Assembly (NCBI RefSeq): GCF_001194135.2
Contig: NC_068982.1
Span: forward strand, 57,069,903 to 57,109,917
Source: Octopus bimaculoides
Taxonomy: Eukaryota
Length of the DNA: 40,015 nt
Reading direction: 5' to 3'
In this document: positions 33,983 to 40,015 of the stretch, in pieces
Position numbering within the stretch: position 1 is the first letter of the stretch
Layout: every line of letters begins with the position of its first letter
The notes under the pieces: generated by a model
The model's input: only the letters and a program-made list of their open reading frames with translations
The model's database searches: none
Told to the model about the DNA's origin: nothing
Translations under genes and position numbers: made by a program

Positions 33983-34317
33983 NNNNNNNNNNNNNNNNNN
34001 NNNNNNNNNNNNNNNNNNNNNNNNNNNNNNNNNNNNNNNNNNNNNNNNNNNNNNNNNNNNNNNNNNNNNNNNNNNNNNNNNNNNNNNNNNNNNNNNNNNN
34101 NNNNNNNNNNNNNNNNNNNNNNNNNNNNNNNNNNNNNNNNNNNNNNNNNNNNNNNNNNNNNNNNNNNNNNNNNNNNNNNNNNNNNNNNNNNNNNNNNNNN
34201 NNNNNNNNNNNNNNNNNNNNNNNNNNNNNNNNNNNNNNNNNNNNNNNNNNNNNNNNNNNNNNNNNNNNNNNNNNNNNNNNNNNNNNNNNNNNNNNNNNNN
34301 NNNNNNNNNNNNATATA

Positions 34318-34352
<35 letters not shown>

Positions 34353-34529
34353 TCAGAGAGAGTGAAAGAGAGAGGGAGAGAGAGAAATTGATAGCTAGAC
34401 AGCTAGATAGATACATACATAAATATATACATAGAGATAGTTATTAACGCATATGTCTATACATGATATATAGTACAAGTAAATATATGATATATATCAT
34501 ATGCGTGTGTGTGTGTGTGTGTGTATATG

Positions 34530-34563
<34 letters not shown>

Positions 34564-34584
34564 TACACATACGTAAGAGTAAAC

Positions 34585-34621
<37 letters not shown>

Positions 34622-34640
34622 ATGTATATATAGTATTTCC
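33395..34640. repeat. Large (TA)/(TG)/(CA)/(TATG) microsatellite field with gap
   Basis: Direct reading; N-run about 33983-34312. Confidence 0.9.
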
Positions 34641-35004
34641 TTTAACAATAACATCAATGGTTGGCATGAACGAACTTGTCTTAAGAATGTTCAGTAGCAG
34701 AGCAGAATTTTTACAAGGTCGGTTTGGCTTATTGACAACTAGGAGAAAAGCAATGAACAGAGAGGTAGAAATGAAATGTTGATTTTAAGCTGAGAGGCAT
34801 TCCTCAGCAACAGTCATATCAGGCACGACAAAGTTACGTTGCCATTTTTACTGATTTGGAGCAAATGTCGAAGTCGAGGCATAAATATCCCGTTTCATTT
34901 AATCGAGTCTTTGTTTTCCATTGCCCACTGCTAACCTTAATCTATTCTGGTTATTGTTGTTGTTGTTGTTGTTGTTGTTGCTGCTGCTGTTATTGTTTTT
35001 ATTG

Positions 35005-35185
35005 TTGTTTAACCCCAGACCAAATTCGAGCAAGTAAGACCTATGATTAAAATATCTCATAGTTGTCGTAACACTCTAACTTTTTCCATGAAAGACATTA
35101 TCCAGTATGACTGTCTTTTTTAAGAGTGTGAGATTTGAGGGTGAGTTGGCTGTTATTTTTGATAGGACAAGCCGCTTAAAGGCTT
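35005..35185 (+). mobile_element. Interspersed repeat family D, copy after (GTT)n(GCT)n
   Basis: GAGCAAGTAAGACCTATGATTAA...TTTTTAAGAGTGTGAGATTTGAGGGTGAGTTGGCTGTTATTT aligns to 531-755. Confidence 0.45.
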
Positions 35186-35295
35186 CCTCATTAGTTCGTT
35201 CTTTACTTTGCTCGTTTATGTTATTGCGTAGAAGTATAAAAACTTTCAGCATTTCAATCGTTCAAATATACATATATATGAACATTGTGTGTATT

Positions 35296-35376
<81 letters not shown>

Positions 35377-36451
35377 TTTTGTATGTGTACGTGTTTGTAT
35401 GCATGTATATATTAATCCATGCCAGAAAAACAAAGATTACACAACCTAATCATTGTTTCGTTCGATGAGTCGAATGTATGCATCAATAGATTTGGAAGAT
35501 ATTAGTCTAGGCAGAATAAGCAACGTAGACCACTGTTTGCCGCCCTTCGTGCATTAGAGGGCTCCACTTCACATTCCATAAGAAATTAGCTTTTTCTTTT
35601 TATTTTTTAAGACTGGCGTAAGATGTGGCGCTTCTGTGTTAAACATAGGTGTTAGTACTTGTGTTATTTTAATGCTGTACATGGAAGAGTTCCGGTTTCC
35701 TCTTTCTCGAATTCCATATGGGTTTCAAAAGTGATGTATATTTTCAAGGTGGATCGTTGATGAAGGTGGCTCTTTAAAGGATGTTTTTTGATATGCAAAT
35801 GGTTGGGGCTTCAGCACTGCATATAATATTTTTTCTTAGGGATTTTCTCCGTAAAGGCACGCTTCTATGGTTTGAGGATCTCATGTCGGTTACCTTTCCC
35901 ATGCATTTCTCATATTTTCCCCATACGGCGCTTGTTGGCAATAGACATGCTTTCCGTGCGGCTGTAGCTTATTTAGTTCTTTTTGTGAAATTGCTCCTGG
36001 AAAGCCGCACGGAAATTATTCTCAAATTAAGCAAAGGTAATATTTTGTAGCATTGGTTTTATTTTTACCACAGTGTAGTTATAGTGGCTTAAACTATTAA
36101 GCATTTCCTTCTCCATTATTTTTATGGTGGTTCCTAGAGGATACTGGAAAGTAGTTTATTACAGAATATTGTTCATGTGATAATGTTTTGCTTTTGTTTT
36201 TTCTTATTTTTTCATATTATATATATGTACATNNNNNNNNNNNNNNNNNNNNNNNNNNNNNNNNNNNNNNNNNNNNNNNNNNNNNNNNNNNNNNNNNNNN
36301 NNNNNNNNNNNNNNNNNNNNNNNNNNNNNNNNNNNNNNNNNNNNNNNNNNNNNNNNNNNNNNNNNNNNNNNNNNNNNNNNNNNNNNNNNNNNNNNNNNNN
36401 NNNNNNNNNNNNNNNNNNNNNNNNNNNNNNNNNNNNNNNNNNNNNNNNNNN

Positions 36452-36506
<55 letters not shown>

Positions 36507-36739
36507 ATATGTGTGTGTGTATATATATATATATATAATTGTTAAACGGGACAGCTGTGCTGTTTAACAGTTATATATCGGCTGCATCGGAATTCTGCAA
36601 TGGATCCATGGCTACCGTCTCGGCTACAACCTTGGAGCCCTAGTAATCCATTACAGCACTTACCTAGCGTACGTAATTACTTAGATCACTTGTGAACTAA
36701 ACTCCCATACTTCATATATATATATATATGTATATATGT

Positions 36740-37190
36740 TAGGATATTATTGTTTATAGTAATATCAGCGGCTTAGCATGCGTAGAAAAGAACCTTAAAG
36801 GTAAAAATTATCAACTAATAATTAAGGGTACTAACAGGCAGTACCGGCATGCTAAAATAGAAGTCAAAATGATCAAATCACAAGTTTTGACTTAAACACA
36901 AAGGTGAAAGCAGGCAAATTAACAAAAATCCTAAGACCTCGTACCAATGAAGAAAATAATCGAAAATTGAAACAGTCAGACATACCTGTATCACAGTGAT
37001 TGCGAACTTTGAGAAATACACTTAGTTCATCTTCAGTGAGCCTTACTGACCCCAGAGTTGAAGAGCTTGTTCATCTCAACCAATGTGTGCGATAACCAAT
37101 TTTAATGCCGCAGCAAATTTTAATTTTAATGCCGCAGCAAATTTTAATTTTAATGCCGCAGTGCGTTGTTGTAAATTATATTATTATTAG
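36740..37190. mobile_element. Probable PLE-like terminal region with two degenerate hammerhead-like cores
   Basis: Minus: CTGAAGA-T-GAACT...AGTTC-GCAA (37036->about 37000). Plus: TTGAAGA-GCTTG-TTCATCT-CAAC (37058-37080). Bounded by (TA)n. Confidence 0.45.
37105..37161. repeat. 24-bp tandem repeat ATGCCGCAGCAAATTTTAATTTTA, about 2.4 copies
   Basis: Direct reading; gives the MPQQILIL repeat in ORF 37105..37407. Confidence 0.9.
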
Positions 37191-37202
37191 TATATATATA
37201 TA

Positions 37203-38058
37203 TATTACATGGAAAAATGCGAGCAAAAGAAATAATATTCTAAAGACCTGGAAAACTGCAGGACAAGTTATTACACTTGGAAAAGTTCAGGACAGCTTAT
37301 TACATCTGTTAAAGTATAGAACAAGAAAATTCTTACTTAAAATATTGCAGATAAGGATAAAATTTCAAATACAATATTTAGAATTAGAAAATATTAGCTT
37401 TTATTAAAACTAAAAATTTTATTACAAGTTATTACTTCTAATTTTATTACCTGTTACTATTATTAAAAAAAAATAACTCAAAATATTTTTGCACTTTAAA
37501 AAATTTCGTTGTTTTTAGTCATGAATTACTAATTAGAAATTTGAAAATAGGTTATAAAAAATTGTAGTAGTACATTATTGGTTAGTACAATAAATAGAAT
37601 AATACAAAAGTTAGTTATATATTACAGAAAAATCTACCTGTAACAACAATTTCACAGTAAAATTTGCTTGAGTTATTCCTTAAGTTATTGCCAAGTCTTC
37701 ATATCTTTACATAATGAATTTGCCTACCATATATACTATTCTACTTTGCATAAAACTTAATCTGTATTGGTACTGCTGGTTCTCGTTTTTTAAGTATTCT
37801 AGTGTGTCAATATTTTAACAAGATGATGGTACCTTTTTTTAATTATAATGTTACTTTGTAAATTAAAATCAAATAGTTTTTAATATTCACATTTTATCCT
37901 TAGCTGCAATATTTTAAGTAAAATTTTTCTTGTTCTGTACTTTACCAGATGTAATAAGCTGTCCTGAACTTTTCCAAGAGTAATAACTTATCCTGTAAAT
38001 TTCCAGGTTTATAATCTTAAGAATATTATTTCTCTTGCTCGTATTTTTCCATGTAATA
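37203..38058. mobile_element. Non-autonomous foldback element with about 165-bp TIRs containing 29-bp sub-repeats
   Basis: TATTACATGGAAAAAT... (37203-37363) matches the reverse complement of 37891-38058 (...ATTTTTCCATGTAATA), high identity with one short indel. AT-rich non-coding interior. Confidence 0.88.
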
Positions 38059-39139
38059 CATGTTTTTCCGGACTGTGCTATTATGCTAATTAATAATGTG
38101 ACAAATGTGTCAATTAGAGATGTCGTTGAGAATTTTTTCTTTATCTAAATGACGTCGGTGACATGTGTTAAAAGTCCCCTTATAGAACTATATTCATAAG
38201 GAGGTATTGAACTATATTATCACCCTCAAATTTGAGAAACAAACACTCATAACTTTTTTTCTTTTAAAACTTCATTGCATGAGATTGATACCATGAAATT
38301 CCTCGAATTGAACTCTATCATTTAAGCTTAATTAACATATAGTTTATTATTAAAATAAAAATCTTAATTATACTTAAATCCAATTTTTGCCTTATTTTTT
38401 TAATGACATTTTACCTCACAACTTTTTTTATACAAATTTTTGTTGCATGGGAACAAAACTGACAAAACTGTGAAATTCTTCATGCTCTCTTCTATCATTG
38501 AAGCTAAGATAAATATATTTTGCTTTTAAAATAATAAAAAAAGTTATTTAGATCAAAACTTGATTGGTGGCGTNNNNNNNNNNNNNNNNNNNNNNNNNNN
38601 NNNNNNNNNNNNNNNNNNNNNNNNNNNNNNNNNNNNNNNNNNNNNNNNNNNNNNNNNNNNNNNNNNNNNNNNNNNNNNNNNNNNNNNNNNNNNNNNNNNN
38701 NNNNNNNNNNNNNNNNNNNNNNNNNNNNNNNNNNNNNNNNNNNNNNNNNNNNNNNNNNNNNNNNNNNNNNNNNNNNNNNNNNNNNNNNNNNNNNNNNNNN
38801 NNNNNNNNNNNNNNNNNNNNNNNNNNNNNNNNNNNNNNNNNNNNNNNNNNNNNNNNNNNNNNNNNNNNNNNNNNNNNNNNNNNNNNNNNNNNNNNNNNNN
38901 NNNNNNNNNNNNNNNNNNNNNNNNNNNNNNNNNNNNNNNNNNNNNNNNNNNNNNNNNNNNNNNNNNNNNNNNNNNNNNNNNNNNNNNNNNNNNNNNNNNN
39001 NNNNNNNNNNNNNNNNNNNNNNNNNNNNNNNNNNNNNNNNNNNNNNNNNNNNNNNNNNNNNNNNNNNNNNNNNNNNNNNNNNNNNNNNNNNNNNNNNNNN
39101 NNNNNNNNNNNNNNNNNNNNNNNNNNNNNNNNNNNNNNN

Positions 39140-39196
<57 letters not shown>

Positions 39197-39862
39197 ACAC
39201 ACACATTCACACACATTATATAAACAACACATTGGTGTATAAATTATCAAACGGCCGCTTACATATATACACTCACATATTTGTATTTTATTGCGCATTC
39301 CTTAATAGCCAATAGCAATCGACTTCCTATTATCCCTTCCTGATTAAGCAACCATAGCACCGTGTTTAAATAACAGCTTACAATGTCTCAGTATGTGAAA
39401 GTGTACTCGTACTTTCTGGACATTATTCGATGAGAGCCATAACCTGGCGTAACTCCGAGTTGTAATGTGATATTATAAATTCAACTAATAATAAATACAA
39501 TGCCCAGACATCCAAACGCACATGCAAACAAGCAAACACTCATACAAACACACAGAAGTATAAGTTTGTAAATATATACTTATAATAAAACGGCCAACCA
39601 CGCACACGAATTCCTCTACATTCGGTTAAAATGAATTAATCAAAAAAGAATACTTTCAAAGATAAAGAAAGTTAAAGAAAGCCAAACGAAGAAAAATAAA
39701 TCGTTCATCGTCGGGTTGTAAATGTCATTTACTGGTTTGTTAATAAGCAGGTGCTTGTGTACGTGTCTCACTTTCTTACTAATGTTGTGTTTGCTTTGCT
39801 TCTACATGTTTATCTAAACTCTTGTTGTGTTGCTCTCGGACAAAAAGAAATACATTGTAGCT

Positions 39863-39894
<32 letters not shown>

Positions 39895-39903
39895 CTTGTC
39901 TAC

Positions 39904-39937
<34 letters not shown>

Positions 39938-39946
39938 ATCTGTCTG

Positions 39947-40015
<69 letters not shown>
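39895..40015. repeat. (TGTC)n(TATC)n(TC)n compound microsatellite
   Basis: Direct reading. Confidence 0.95.

Noticed and set aside
35640-35900. Possible PLE RT fragment on the minus strand (ITFETHMEFEKEETGTLP)
   Set aside because: A single weak motif with no YxDD or other domains in frame; needs an HMM search.
36551-36680. Polylinker-like cluster (PvuII, EcoRI, BamHI, NcoI, SnaBI sites) suggesting vector contamination
   Set aside because: Sites are dispersed, not in an order I recognise from a vector, and there is no adjacent vector sequence; likely chance in a GC-richer repeat.
3623-39139. N-run lengths or spacing as a biological signal
   Set aside because: They are scaffold gaps at microsatellites and inverted repeats, i.e. 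assembly artefacts.
894-39315. The supplied ORFs as protein-coding genes
   Set aside because: They are microsatellite translations (YIYI, CVCV, HTHT, poly-N/S/Y), run through N gaps, or are pieces/antisense frames of decayed transposons. No recognisable host domain or convincing spliced exon.

Overview
Eukaryotic, AT-rich, gap-ridden draft sequence (12 N-runs, nearly all abutting microsatellites). It is most likely an Octopus genome, inferred from the SINE families and extreme microsatellite load and not verifiable here. I find no supportable host protein-coding exon: the supplied ORFs are microsatellite/N artefacts or decayed transposon frames. The window contains: a U6 snRNA copy (minus strand) with promoter-positioned upstream motifs but no oligo-T terminator, directly followed by a SINE; three tRNA-derived SINE families (about 15 copies or fragments); a dead DD34D mariner; a deleted Tc1/mariner end; CR1-like, Tx1-like and R4/Dong-like LINE remnants clustered at (ATT/TAA)n tracts; a Helitron 3' end; a hAT-like MITE; and an 856-bp foldback element. 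The most interesting signal is a set of hammerhead-ribozyme (HHR) motifs, several inside head-to-head inverted duplications lodged in microsatellites, as expected for Penelope-like (PLE) or retrozyme-type elements. They include a near-canonical type I HHR (12558-12648), a type I fold with a swapped G3-C8 core pair whose inverted partner ends at the predicted cleavage site (18014-18064), and a two-copy family with U at core position 6. All alignments and folds were done by eye; coordinates may be off by a few bases.
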